This document shows positions 12,057 to 24,221 of a stretch of 64,000 nt of DNA, one piece after another (the stretch's first letter is position 1; every line of letters begins with the position of its first letter). Location of the stretch: assembly GCA_021613535.1 (NCBI GenBank), contig CP075492.1:18414001-18478000 (forward strand), read 5' to 3'. The notes beneath the pieces are model-generated. The model saw only the letters and a program-made list of their open reading frames with translations. It did not search any database and was not told the origin of the DNA. A program made the position numbers and the translations under genes. This stretch comes from Adineta vaga (Eukaryota > Animalia > Rotifera).

Positions 12057-13146
12057 ATGTCACAACAAGCATTAGCTCAACAAATTCGTTTCATAGGAGA
12101 AAAATATAGATTATATGCTGGTATTTTCAATCTAACTATCGGACTTATTAGTAATATTTCTATACTTGCGGTATTTACTACTTTACGACTTTTTCGAAGA
12201 AATCAAACGGCTTTTTATTTTATTTCCGAATCTATTTCTAATATTGCATTACTTCTTACTTTAAATATACCAAAAATTGTGACATCTTTTATTGGCTATG
12301 ATCCAGCTCAAACTTCAATGATCTGGTGCAAATTACAAACCATGTTATTGCAAGCATTCTCGTTGTTTACTTTATTTAATATATGTTTTCTTTCATTTGA
12401 TCAATATTTGTCAACTAATGCACGACCTACTTGGCGACAAAAAAGTACATTTAAACTAGCTCATCGATTAACAAGTCTTAATGTATGTTTTGTCCTTTTA
12501 CATGGTATAACAACTCTCATATTCACTGAAATTCAACCATCAATGGGTTGTAGTATATACAATCTAATAGCAAGACGTTACTATACGTTTTTCTATTATC
12601 CAATTTTAGCTAATAGTTTTCCCTTAACTTTTATTTTAACATCGAGTTTATTAGCTTATCGGAATGTTCGTCGAATAGTTCGTTTACAACAACCAGTCTT
12701 TCGTCGACGTCTTGATTCTCAATTGACAGCAATGACTTTAGCACGTGTCATGGTTCTTGGTATATTTGGTTTTCCATATATTATTATTTCTCTATATCAA
12801 CTTAATCTAAATCTCACTGCAGATAATTATATGGAAATAGTCATCATTACTTTATTATCAATAGTATTTGCTTCTCTATTACATATTAATTTCACGGTAA
12901 ATTAAAACAGATAGTTTATTTAAGTATTTTCATCGTTTCTTTTCATATTCATTATTATTTTAGATCAATTTTTATATTTTCATAATAATATCATCACGTT
13001 TTCGTCGTCAAGCAAAATCTGTTTTGGTGAAAAAGTGTTGGCGATCAATTAAACGTTGTTTCAACAAAATGGCAACAAATATTCGTATGAATCGAATTTC
13101 TCCTGGAAAACCACCGTCAAATAGTTCTAATAACACACCAGAATGA
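12057..13146 (+). CDS. Orphan rhodopsin-like GPCR; intron 12897-12963
   Basis: 7TM pattern with FDQY at TM3; spliced exon 2 INFYIFIIISSRFRRQ completes TM7 and helix 8. Confidence 0.85.
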
Positions 13147-13333
13147 TATTTGTTTTACGTGTGAAACCGACGTACATCTAATACACAAAATAAAATAAAT
13201 GATCTAATCTTGAGGTTGGGTGTGGATATTTTTTTTGTTAGATAGGTTTTTTCTTAAGATGCTTTGTAGAAAAGAAAAAGGGATATATCATAATAGAAGC
13301 ACTTTAAAACAACGAAAATTAGAAATAACGTGA

Positions 13334-13377
13334 TTGAGGGTGTGGGTATTACATCTATCCAACACCCACACCCTCAA
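13334..13377. repeat. Telomere-like palindromic element, cleanest copy (a half copy lies at 13208-13228)
   Basis: Perfect 14-bp inverted repeat TTGAGGGTGTGGGT / ACCCACACCCTCAA with a 16-bp spacer. Confidence 0.9.
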
Positions 13378-13577
13378 GTGATGATCATATGTTAACGCCA
13401 TCTTCTTTGTACAAGACTAGTCATTTTTGTTATTGGTACCTTATCTTTTTCGTTTCTTTCATCAGTCAAGTCAATATACACTCGAAAAAAGGTTGGTAGC
13501 ATATACAGCTAACAATAAAACATTTGATCAAAAACAAAGTCGACGATCACATAAAACATTTCAATAAAAAGAAATCT

Positions 13578-16500
13578 ATGTTGACATTCGTTACTTTACC
13601 CGTTGAATTGGTGTGCAGAATCTTCGATCATCTGGGTGATTTTGATCTATTTTGCTCGATGCAAAATATGTGTTATCGATTCAATCAAATTCTCGATACC
13701 TATCATCGATATCAGGTAAATATTATGATTCTAGAGCTTGTTTTATAGCATATAAAAGTGTAGCAGTATAAAGAAGACTAGAGTAATATAATAGTACAAG
13801 ATTTATATCTCTATATCGTCAAGTCTCTTTGAGAAATTTTCAAAATTTTTTATTACTCTACTGATAATGCGCATTGATATTCATTTTTCTACGAAAAAAG
13901 CATTGCACCATTACACACATATTTGAAGTGAACAAATCAACGAAGAGACGAAAACTCCCAATGCTAAACAATCACATATACAATCATTCACTATATTTAA
14001 TTTGTTCGACTGATGCTTTTCAATACAACACGGTGTTATTCGTAGTCTTAAACTTTCTTTGTAATGCATAACAATCTCTATTTTAGACTTTCACTGTATT
14101 ATATCTTCCGGCCAAAAGTGTCAGCAAGCATAAGGTGCAACATTTGGCTGATGCTTTACAAGTCAACAAGGTAATTTTCTTTCAGTCCTCACTCTTCTTC
14201 TTCTTCTTCTTACCTATTCATACGACTTTCTCATTTAGACTCTCGTCACACTAACACTCGAATGCACTAAAATCGGACATCAAGGAGCACAACACTTAGC
14301 TGATGCATTACGAATTAACACGGTGATGTCTATCTATTCTTCCAATTTGTCACATATTAATACCACACTTTTGTTTAGACACTTACTTATCTAAATCTTC
14401 ATGGCAATTCCATAGGACTCCAAGGAGTGCAGTACTTAGTTGATGCATTACGAGTGAATACGGTAATATTCATGCAGTTTTTCAGTTTGTCTTCCAACCA
14501 TAGTCATTCTTATTTAGACACTCACCACACTAAATCTCAACTACAATTAAGTCGGTGATCAAGGAGCACAGCAATTGATTGACGCTCTTCGAGTCAATAT
14601 GGTAATATTCATGAAGCCTTGAATTAACTTACTAGTTCATGACACTTTCTCCTTTAGACTCTAACCACTCTTCATCTCCATTGCAATCAAATCGGCGAAG
14701 AAGGAGGAAAACATTTGGCTGACGCGTTACGAGTTAACACGGTAATCATCATGTACTCGTCGATGTTCTCCTCCACTCATCTCACTGTCTTCTTTAGGGA
14801 CTTACCACTCTGGATCTCCATGGTAATGTTATCGGTGACCAAGGAGCACAACACTTAGCTGATGCTCTTCAAGTGAACATGGTGATCTTCATACAGCCTT
14901 TAAATTTGTCACCAATCCATAGCATCCCCGTGTTTAGACACTCACCAATCTTTGTCTTGACTATAATGGAATCGGATGCCAAGGAACACAACACTTGGCT
15001 GATGCTCTTCGAATCAACACAGTGATCTTGATGTCGTCTTAAAATGTATCCTCCGTTTATAACATTCTGTTGATTTAGACACTAACCAACCTTAATTTAA
15101 TAGGGAATCCAATCGGAGGCAAAGGAGCACAACATTTAGCTGACGCTTTTCGAGTCAATAAGGTAATCTTCATGCGCAGCACTTAGAAGCTACTGGTCCA
15201 CCTTTTGAAAATTCAAACCCGAAGAGCGCTAGATCTATTTAGACATTCATGCAAATCGATATTCAGAACAAAGATATTGGAGAACAAGGAGCGCAATATT
15301 TCGCTGAAACACTTCGAGTGAATACGGTAAAATTAATTCATTCGTCAAGATTTACACGGCGCTCTCTTCTCTAGACAGTCTCGGTCCTGAATCTCAATGG
15401 AGATATTCGATATAAGGGCGCACAACACATAGCTGATGCTCTCCAAATAAACAGAGTAATATTGATGAAGTCTTCTAACTTCCTATCATTCATTTATTTA
15501 GACGCTTACTAACCTCAAGCTCGTCGGCAATGGAATCGGATATGAAGGAGCACAACACTTGGCTGACGCATTGCGAGTGAATACGGTAACCTTTGCATAC
15601 TCGTCAGGTTTCTTACCCATACATAAGATTCTCTTGTTTAGACACTCACTAACCTTAATCTCCTCTTAAATAAAATCGGAAATCAAGGAACCGAATATCT
15701 AGCTGCTGCATTACGCGTGAACACGGTAAATTGCATTTAAGTTTCAGATTTCTTATCCAGTCATAGTATTTTTTTCTTTAGACACTTACTGAACTGAATC
15801 TCCATAACAATCAGATTGGACACCAAGGAGCACAACACTTGGCTGATGCATTACAATTCAACACTACACTAGCCATACTAAATCTTAACTATAATGAAAT
15901 CGGTGACGAAGGAGCTCTATATTTGGCTAATGGTCTACGCGTGAATAATGTAGTTGTCTGTCAGCCTTCAACATTCTTCAGTCATTCATAACATCGTCTG
16001 CTTTAGGCACTCACTACTCTTCTTTTTACAAAAAATCAAATCAGTGAGACAGGAGGACAACAACTGGCTGATGCATTACGAGTGAATACGGTAATGTTAA
16101 CGTACTCGTCAATTTTCTTATTCATTCAAAGCATTCCCCTATTTAGACACTCACCAATTTAGATCTTGATGATAATGCAATGGGAGTGCAAGGAATACAA
16201 TATTTAGCTGAAGCCCTTCGAGTGAACACAGTAAAATCAATGCAATCTTTAACTTTCTTCCCCATACAGTGCAGTCACTTATCTAGACACTCTCCATTCT
16301 AAATATTGAGAGTAATCTCGTCGGAGACGAAGGAGCGCAACATTTGGCTAACGCTCTGCGAGTGAATAAGGTAATATTGAGCCAGACTTCTAATTTTCTA
16401 CCATTTGTAGAACTCACTTGTTTAGACACTTAACAATTTACGTCTCCTGCGCAATGAAATCGGGCATAAAGGAGCACAGCATTTGGCTGACGCTCTTCGA

Positions 16501-16873
16501 AACAACACAGTAATCGTGATTCAGCATTCGACTTTGTTTTTCGTTCATACTATCGCGTTTAGGCCCTCATTATACTAGAACTCGCAATCAACCATATTGG
16601 AGACCAAGGAACATTACATTTGGCTGATGCTCTTCGAGTGAACACAGTGATCTTCATGTAATATCTAGTTTTCTTACGGATTCATAATACTCTCTTCTTT
16701 AGACACTCGCCACACTGAATCTTCATTGCAATCTGATTGGACGCCAAGGAGCACAGTACTTGGCTGATGCGCGACGGCTCAACAAGGTAATCTTTATTCT
16801 CTCTTTATTTATATCAAATATGCATGTATCTTGTGTGTTTATTCGGAGATGCTGTATTCATACTTATTACTGA
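13578..16873 (+). CDS. F-box + ~20 RI-like (NLRC3-type) leucine-rich repeats, mostly one 84-nt phase-0 exon per repeat; one exon has a TAA
   Basis: Exon 1 13578-13715 MLTFVTLPVELVCRIFDHL; 19 exons from ~14088 to 16786 reading TLTxLxLxxNxIGxxGAQHLADALRVNT, separated by ~55-bp GT-AG introns; TAA at 14548-14550; 3' end uncertain. Confidence 0.8.
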
Positions 16874-17103
16874 TCAAAGACGACATTTATGTTTTTCATG
16901 CACTTATTTTATTAAAGATTTTCTGAAGTGATACACCTTAAAACTGCCAGAAAAACAGGGTTAAATACTCTTCTTTGTAAAAATTCCTATCAATCATAGT
17001 AAAACTAGAACAGGTAGGTACATAACTCAGATATGAATCCAAGTAAATTATCCGATATATCTTACAAATTATTTGCCTTTTTTGTAAGGGATATGTTAAA
17101 AGT

Positions 17104-18138
17104 TTATTTCTTTTGAAAATATTTAAAAATAACATCCATAATATGACTTCTTTCTTGAAAATCAATTAATAATAATTGACATAATTTCCATTTCTTATTA
17201 AAAACTTCATCTGCAAATTGATCTAATCCACTATTACCAATATCAGCTAATTGTTTCAATGATTTCGGTTTATTTGGTAATATCGAATCAACTATAGTTG
17301 ATACTTGTGGTGTTAATGTCCAACTTAATTTATAAAGTGATGCATTTGGTAATAAAGGAATTGAATTAAATTGACTAACTTGATTCCAATTATATGAAAT
17401 CATTGTTGAAAGTGAATCTGAATTTGCATATGAATTAATCATTGATGATCCAAACCAAAGTAAAGGATAATTTTCAATTGTTTTATCATCACTTAATGTC
17501 ACGATAACACGTTGATTTGATTTGATCATTTCATTGATTGTCTTTGTATTGAAAGTAAATGTACGTGGATATAACATGGAATTAAATATCTTTAGAATCA
17601 TATCTCTTAATTCATTTAAATTATTTTGTGTAAGATTAACACTTGCTAAATGTGATACTTCAATAATTATTATTTCTTTTGGATGTAATTGTAAAAATTG
17701 ATATAATCCATTAAGATGATCAAAAATAGGTAAACCAATTTCGAAATGATATGAACACCATTGAGTACCATTAAAAGTAGCACGAATATCAAAATAACGC
17801 ATTCCATCTTCTGCTTGTTGATATAAAGTTCGATTTTGTGATAATGCCCATGGTGTTATAATATCTTGTAATGGTATTCCTAATTTCTCAGCTAATTGAA
17901 TAAAAGCATCGAACAGAGGACTTCCTGTTGGATCAGGTGATAATGCTGATGTTAAATAAAATGATGCTGCATCGTGTGTACCGGGTAATGTTAAATTTGT
18001 TAAATATAAATTTGATATTGATGGTAAAAGTTGTTCCATCCAAATACTTGTATTGATTTTGTCATTTTCAAATGGATAATGAAAACTTAATTTGATTAGG
18101 AGAGAAAATAAAAAAATAAAATGAATTGAAATATTCAT
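17104..18138 (-). CDS. Secreted PI-specific phospholipase C X-domain protein (PLCXD-like), intronless
   Basis: Signal peptide; LPGTHDAA, GMRYFDIR and HPKEIIII motifs. Confidence 0.85.
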   Translation of the reverse strand: MNISIHFIFLFSLLIKLSFHYPFENDKINTSIWMEQLLPSISNLYLTNLTLPGTHDAASFYLTSALSPDPTGSPLFDAFIQLAEKLGIPLQDIITPWALSQNRTLYQQAEDGMRYFDIRATFNGTQWCSYHFEIGLPIFDHLNGLYQFLQLHPKEIIIIEVSHLASVNLTQNNLNELRDMILKIFNSMLYPRTFTFNTKTINEMIKSNQRVIVTLSDDKTIENYPLLWFGSSMINSYANSDSLSTMISYNWNQVSQFNSIPLLPNASLYKLSWTLTPQVSTIVDSILPNKPKSLKQLADIGNSGLDQFADEVFNKKWKLCQLLLIDFQERSHIMDVIFKYFQKK

Positions 18139-18349
18139 TCTTATGTTTCTTTAATAAATGAGAAGAAAATGTGTTTTTTTCGTTTATCTTTTATGAAAGA
18201 AAAAGGAAAAAAAAAGATAAGTTTATCTGTGAATAGAAAGATAAGTACGATACATAATTATTCTTTTCAACATTTACACATTTGATTGTGATTCGATTTT
18301 ATTTTAGATATGTAAATTCGCTCTGTCAAGAGTTCATATGAAAAAGTGT

Positions 18350-19081
18350 TTAGCCGATTTCTGGTTTAACAATCGTGCACATAGTTTGACCGAGAGCACT
18401 AGTTGTCGATCCAGCTTGACATTGTCGACATGTAGTTTGTGCGTACAATGCATTGTAGAATCCAATAGGACACGGTGTAGGAAGTACTGAAGGATCAGCA
18501 CATGAATAACCGATTGGACATTTTATACAGTAAACAGATCTTTGCTGAATGGTATAGTAACCTTGTGGACAGGTTCGACATTTTGTCTGTTCATAAAGAG
18601 GTCCATAAGTACCTGGGAAACATGGTTGAGGTTGCTTAGTCGGATCAGGACAAAAATGACCTAATGTACATCGAATACATGTTTGTGCTCCAGGTTTCGT
18701 ACTATATGTACCAGGACGACAAATTTTACATTGATATTGTGCTGGTTTATTTGTATACATGCCAACGGGGCAAGGTTGAGAATTATTGTTATTGGCGGAT
18801 GCATAATAACCAAGTTGTGCACGTGAACAATTCGTAGAAGCTGGTTTCATATTGAAATGACCGGGTGAACATTGACGACATTTGGATTGTTCATACGAAT
18901 TAGTATAATTACCAGGTTCACAAGGTAATTGTTGAACACCATCGGGACAATAGAAACCAATTAGACATCGACGACATTTATTTGCCAAAAAGTATTGTCC
19001 TGGTCTACACGGAGTAGAAGATATTGAAACAGTTTGAAAAACAATTAGAATCAGAATGAATATCATTGCAATGTTCGTCAT
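18350..19081 (-). CDS. Secreted Cys-rich repeat protein (GCC2/GCC3, ephrin-receptor-like or TNFR-like repeats)
   Basis: Signal peptide then repeated CxxCxxG(Y/F)...PCPxGxY units. Confidence 0.8.
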   Translation of the reverse strand: MTNIAMIFILILIVFQTVSISSTPCRPGQYFLANKCRRCLIGFYCPDGVQQLPCEPGNYTNSYEQSKCRQCSPGHFNMKPASTNCSRAQLGYYASANNNNSQPCPVGMYTNKPAQYQCKICRPGTYSTKPGAQTCIRCTLGHFCPDPTKQPQPCFPGTYGPLYEQTKCRTCPQGYYTIQQRSVYCIKCPIGYSCADPSVLPTPCPIGFYNALYAQTTCRQCQAGSTTSALGQTMCTIVKPEIG

Positions 19082-19385
19082 TTAGTATTACTTCCTTTTT
19101 ATACTACAGATTTTATTATTTCTAACTTATAGATAAATATTAATCTTTCATCTTATACTGTGCAAATAGAAATGATTCATGAACGAACATAAGTTTTTAA
19201 TCCCATAATTATTACGGTTCTTCGAAGAAAAATTCGATAAGAAATTGTAAATATTGATTTGATACTACGAAATGACGAACGTACGCTATTTGGCTAATAT
19301 AAAAGGCGGTGCAGGAAACAGCAAGTGTACATCTATTACAAACGTCTTTTATTCGTCACAATTACATTTTTATTGTTAAATCAAA

Positions 19386-19913
19386 ATGTATGTCTATCAA
19401 ATGGCGATACTGCTCTTATCACTCATGTTCAATATGGTTTTAACAAATGATCTGCGAGGTTTCAATGATGATTTTTGTGATCCGCATACGGTTACATCTG
19501 AACATTATCCATCATTATTAAAGAGTCTTACTATTCAAAAGACAAGTCCGTTGAAATTAAAGGCAACATATCGTCTTCCAAACAGCACCAAGGAATTTTC
19601 ATTTGAAGGTATGGTTATGACCGGTAAGTTTGACATTGCAGCTGAAACAGCAGCTTGTCGATCATTAGGCTGCAGCAAAAGAATAGGAGCGACTAGCATG
19701 AATTGGTCACCAAAGCCTACTTGTGAATTTACTTGTCCCGATGGTACCAGTGCAATGCAAACTTGCCGTTATATGATCAAAGAATTAAACTGTCCTGCTG
19801 ATGCAATGTCTCTTCTAGAATGTCTTACTAATGAAAAATTTTGGTCATATGGAACAAACTCACCTCCAGGATATCTCGGAATTGATCTCAAATGCACTGA
19901 TTGTGAAGAATAG
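19386..19913 (+). CDS. Secreted Cys-containing protein, possibly a divergent SRCR-like domain
   Basis: Signal peptide; AACRSLGC and LNCPADAMSLLEC resemble SRCR VACRQLG and CxGxExSLxxC. Confidence 0.6.
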   Translation: MYVYQMAILLLSLMFNMVLTNDLRGFNDDFCDPHTVTSEHYPSLLKSLTIQKTSPLKLKATYRLPNSTKEFSFEGMVMTGKFDIAAETAACRSLGCSKRIGATSMNWSPKPTCEFTCPDGTSAMQTCRYMIKELNCPADAMSLLECLTNEKFWSYGTNSPPGYLGIDLKCTDCEE

Positions 19914-20044
19914 TAATTTAACATTTGATAAAAATTTTAAATTGATTTCAATGAATAAATATGCGTAAAATGACTCACCTATTCTTCATCATTGAAAGAA
20001 AAAGAAAGAAATTGATTTTGATACAAATAATTATGCACTTTACA

Positions 20045-20364
20045 TACTGTAAAGACATGGCAAGATTCTCATCTATTTTTTATGAATCATGGGATAAGTT
20101 GTTCGATTCACGAGCCATGTCGTCAGCAAAACCGATGATCGACTTTCGTAACTGTGAGTCATTGCAGAATAAATTAGTAAAGAAAAAGCCAGAAAAAAAT
20201 CTTTTACTGTAAAGACATGGCAAGATTCTCATCTATTTTTTATGAATCATGGGATAAGTTGTTCGATTCACGAGCCATGTCGTCAGCAAAACCGATGATC
20301 GACTTTCGTAACTGTGAGTCATTGCAGAATAAATTAGTAAAGAAAAAGCCAGAAAAAAATCTTT
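20045..20364 (+). repeat. Perfect 160-bp tandem duplication; possible Penelope-like element 3' remnant
   Basis: 20045-20204 equals 20205-20364; TACTGT microhomology at the junctions. Confidence 0.85.
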
Positions 20365-21660
20365 CTTACTGTAGCACCACAACCAACTTAAGGTTTGGAA
20401 TGAAATAAAGTCCTTCTGCCAACGAGCTCTTCAAGGAACCATTTGATCATTTTGATACTTATCTATTGGCTGAAAAAGATCATACCAGCAGTATAGTTGG
20501 TTGCAGAGCTTTTTTTTCATTCTTCTTTCAAGTACATATAGAACATGTTGAACGTCATTTTCAACTTGTTTTCTTTTCTTTCTCTAAATAAATCAATGTA
20601 ATAAAATTCTGTGCTTGTAATGCAGTAGCAAACTGGAACACAACTATCAACTTTGTCATTCTTGGTAATCTCTATTAATAGTCATCAATATTCATATCGA
20701 ACCTATGATTGATTCTCATTCTTACTTAGTAATTTAGTTTCTATTTATAGTTGTTGTCTATTAACATTATATACACTTCATAACTTTATTACTATTGTAT
20801 ATTTTCTTGTTTTTAGAAACGAATTTTCCCGATAGAAGCGAGACTGGTGCGAGTTGCACTTGTTTTAGTCTTATGATTGGTGACTAAACTTCATATTCCT
20901 TGAAATAAAATTAAAAAAACGAATATCTTCTATGAAACAAAGAAAAACTTTTGAATAAGATAGCAAATGATCTGATCTCTCTTTACGATTGTTAAAAAAC
21001 TTTATTTGAAAAGAATCATTATTTCTTAATGTTTCTGACATATTTATCCAATTACTCTATATGGGGTAATTCGAAAACAGATCGAAAATACGTACCTGTA
21101 AGATGAATTCGGATGATTCTTGCATGAATAGATAGACCAGCAGTCACTCTATTAGTCTACTAAATCTCATAGAAATATATTCACGTACAAAAAACTTATA
21201 GGGAAGGACAAAAATGATGAAAAAAAACCTATGCAATTGTCCCATTTTGCTCCATAGCTAATCTCAAATCGACCATCATAATAATTTTATTGAATGATGG
21301 ATAAATTCTTTAAAAAATAATCGAATAAACGATGTAGAATGTGAATCAAACAAGTATATACACTCATCTTCATCATATTCTATCTTATAGCTCATATCCA
21401 TATACAAAGAATTATCGTTTTGAGAATAAGAATTTCAACAGATGGCGCTCTATATGTTATCTGTGGTTGGTTTTCTTCTTTCCTAATCGTAAGAAGTTTT
21501 CTTCCGATTATAGTTTGTTTTTCTCTCTGGTTCATCACCATCTTGATAACTATGTTGTTTGTTCTCTTCAGAACTCTTAGAGAATAAAAATTACGTTGAA
21601 CAAGCTTATATTACAAAAGTTTCATTTTAGAACTTTTAGTATTACTAAAACAAATTCGTT

Positions 21661-22284
21661 ATGTCATCCACAGTTCACGTCGAATTCCTTTTACGTATTA
21701 TGGATGAAGCATGTGAAGAATGGAAACAGAAATTTCAAACATTCACTGTAGAATTATTACAAAGTATAGTATTAATATTTGATGTTGGCGCAGAATATTT
21801 GACTGAACTTTCGAAATCTACGACTTATGATGAACAAACCATTGAAGATCATGGAAATGTTGAACGTATTATATCGAAATTAAAACAAATAAAAAACTCT
21901 TTAGGCAATTTATGGCTAAGAACTGTCACTTGCTTTCGTCGAGATGCATTTGATGTTGGTTCATATCACGTTAATGCAGACGAGTATTTTCATCCTACTC
22001 CATTTTATTCAAACAATCCTTTTTTAGTGAAACTCTATCAATGGTCAGTTTATGATGTGAATCAAAGAATTGTTTGCTGTTATTTTTTAGAAACAACCAA
22101 TCTCCCAAATAATTTAGAGTACTATGTCCTGGGAAAAACAGTTGTAAATACACATTCTCAAATCTGTCCGTATTTATTAACAAAACCTGATTATTATCAA
22201 ATACGAATGGATGTTATCAATGATTTAAATAGTGAAAGTTCTCAAGCCTTATCTACATTAACAATACCGTCATATAGACGTTAA
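21661..22284 (+). CDS. Hypothetical protein, 207 aa, intronless
   Basis: Uninterrupted ORF with protein-like composition; no motif recognised. Confidence 0.6.
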   Translation: MSSTVHVEFLLRIMDEACEEWKQKFQTFTVELLQSIVLIFDVGAEYLTELSKSTTYDEQTIEDHGNVERIISKLKQIKNSLGNLWLRTVTCFRRDAFDVGSYHVNADEYFHPTPFYSNNPFLVKLYQWSVYDVNQRIVCCYFLETTNLPNNLEYYVLGKTVVNTHSQICPYLLTKPDYYQIRMDVINDLNSESSQALSTLTIPSYRR

Positions 22285-23141
22285 CTAAAATATTTCATCA
22301 TTTTTAATACGATGAAATTTAACTTTAAATACGCCATCAGTATATTTAGAAAAGAATTTCAATAAAAATATCTAAAAAATCGAAAGAATCAAACAATATT
22401 TATCGTAGTATGATTTTCCGTACATATTAAAACCCTCCATCACTCTTGTAATGTGTAATGTGAAAAAAGAGGGTCTTTGTTTTGATGATCAAAGTTTTAT
22501 TGTCTGTTCAGTTGATATAACTAATTAAATTTTCCATGTATCTAAAATTTGTTTACATAAATATTTGATAAAGCTTCGTTCATTAGTAAAAAAAAACTAT
22601 TCTCTTTTTGAATCACCGCAATACTATTCAATATCTCTATCACTTGATAGAACAAAGTTAAAAGAGATTTATTGACTATTTTGTGAATGAATGTTGAAAA
22701 CAAATGTAACAATCCATGCTTTATTCCATAATACTCTGTTTAAAGTCACTGTGGAAAGTTTATTTGGTAATTTCGTCCGATATCACAGAATTTCCCCATT
22801 ATTCTGACTTCGATTGAATCATCAAAAGAAAAAACAGACATCTATAACATAACGTGATGGAAAAAAGTAGAGAAAAAAACACAGAATTATATCTGTTTAT
22901 CATGATACTTATAAGATATAATAACATACGCTGTACTTCATCAAAATAAAAGTTATTTGGAAGGAATCAACATCAATAGTATTGAATATATGCGACACAA
23001 GTTATTTCTTCTCGGGTCGTTTTTAATTGATCAGTAAAAAATTAAATTTGGTTAGTAGATAATTTTTTTTATCAGTTATTTCTTTATTTAAATCAGTGAA
23101 ATGTTGTAGAATTACAAATAAAGAAAAGTTTATCGAGTAAA

Positions 23142-23182
23142 TAAGGGTGTGGATGTAATATATCTACCCACACCCACCCTCA
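23142..23182. repeat. Telomere-like palindromic element
   Basis: TAAGGGTGTGGATGTA ... TACCCACACCCACCCTCA. Confidence 0.75.
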
Positions 23183-23218
23183 GTTCTTTCAAAACAAAAT
23201 GTTACAGTATAATCACGA

Positions 23219-23424
23219 ATTTAACTTTGCGCATCTTTCTTTCAACATTTAATTAAAAGAAATGAGTTTTTAATGAATTGATAAATATAGATCAAAAAAA
23301 AGTAAAGGACTGAGGATAATTTGTTTTCTTTGACTTGAAATTCCATGAAAAATACTATAATATAAGAAAAATCATAATGCAGTAAACATCAGCAAAAATA
23401 AACTTACACATAATTTTCCATCGT
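23219..23424 (+). repeat. Dispersed ~200-bp repeat, copy 1 (copy 2 at ~27947-28172)
   Basis: Shared blocks TTAACTTTGCGyATCTTTCTTT, GATAAATATAGA, TGACTTGrAATTCCATG, AATATAAGAAAAATCATAATGCA, ATAATTTTCCATCGT. Confidence 0.75.
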
Positions 23425-24221
23425 CACTTTCCTTTTCCCCTCTCTCTACTGATAAGACACATATATATATCCTTTCAAAAAGAAAGTTCAAGCTGCCCTA
23501 AATTAAGTGCATAATCATATTTGCAATCAAGAGAGACTCTGATGGCTGATGATTACAATTACTATGCAAGAGAATCTTCACACGACAAAGATAAAAGAGT
23601 CAATGATTACATGGTATGCAAAATTTTCATGATATATTTCATCCGAATAATAAAACAAGTACACGTACGAGTGCAGACATCAAAACAAACAAATATCGAA
23701 TATATACAAAAAGCATGACTCCAAAGAGAAACAATGAAAATACAAAAAATGCTTCTACACATAATTTCTGGTAGATAAAGATTTAGTTTTTGTTACTCAT
23801 AAATATAATTGATAAACAGATATATTTTATATGCATTATAATGAATGGCAACCAAAATAAAACTATTCCTATTCGAATTAGACATAACTCATGTTTGTAT
23901 ATCATTAAAATCTGGGACTGCTCATTAGGATACGATTGTCATAGTGATGACTACTTTGAGGACATAAAATGTTCATGAAGTTTAACATTCATAAATGTAA
24001 TAAGTTCATACATCCATGAAACTCATGACATATGAACAATTCTTTCATTTGAATTCATTCAGATGAATAATATTTGAAAAGATTATCTTTTCAAAAAAAT
24101 TTTCATTTTGATCTTGATAATGTCACATGTAATTATACTGAACAATTCACTAAAGTGAATAGATAAAAATGCACTTATAAATATTGTTGATGTTAATTTA
24201 TTTTATATTTGAAAAACAAAA

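Noticed and set aside
14088-16786. Regular repeat/spacer periodicity resembling a CRISPR array
   Set aside because: Repeats are coding LRR exons and the spacers are GT-AG introns; no cas genes; eukaryotic context.
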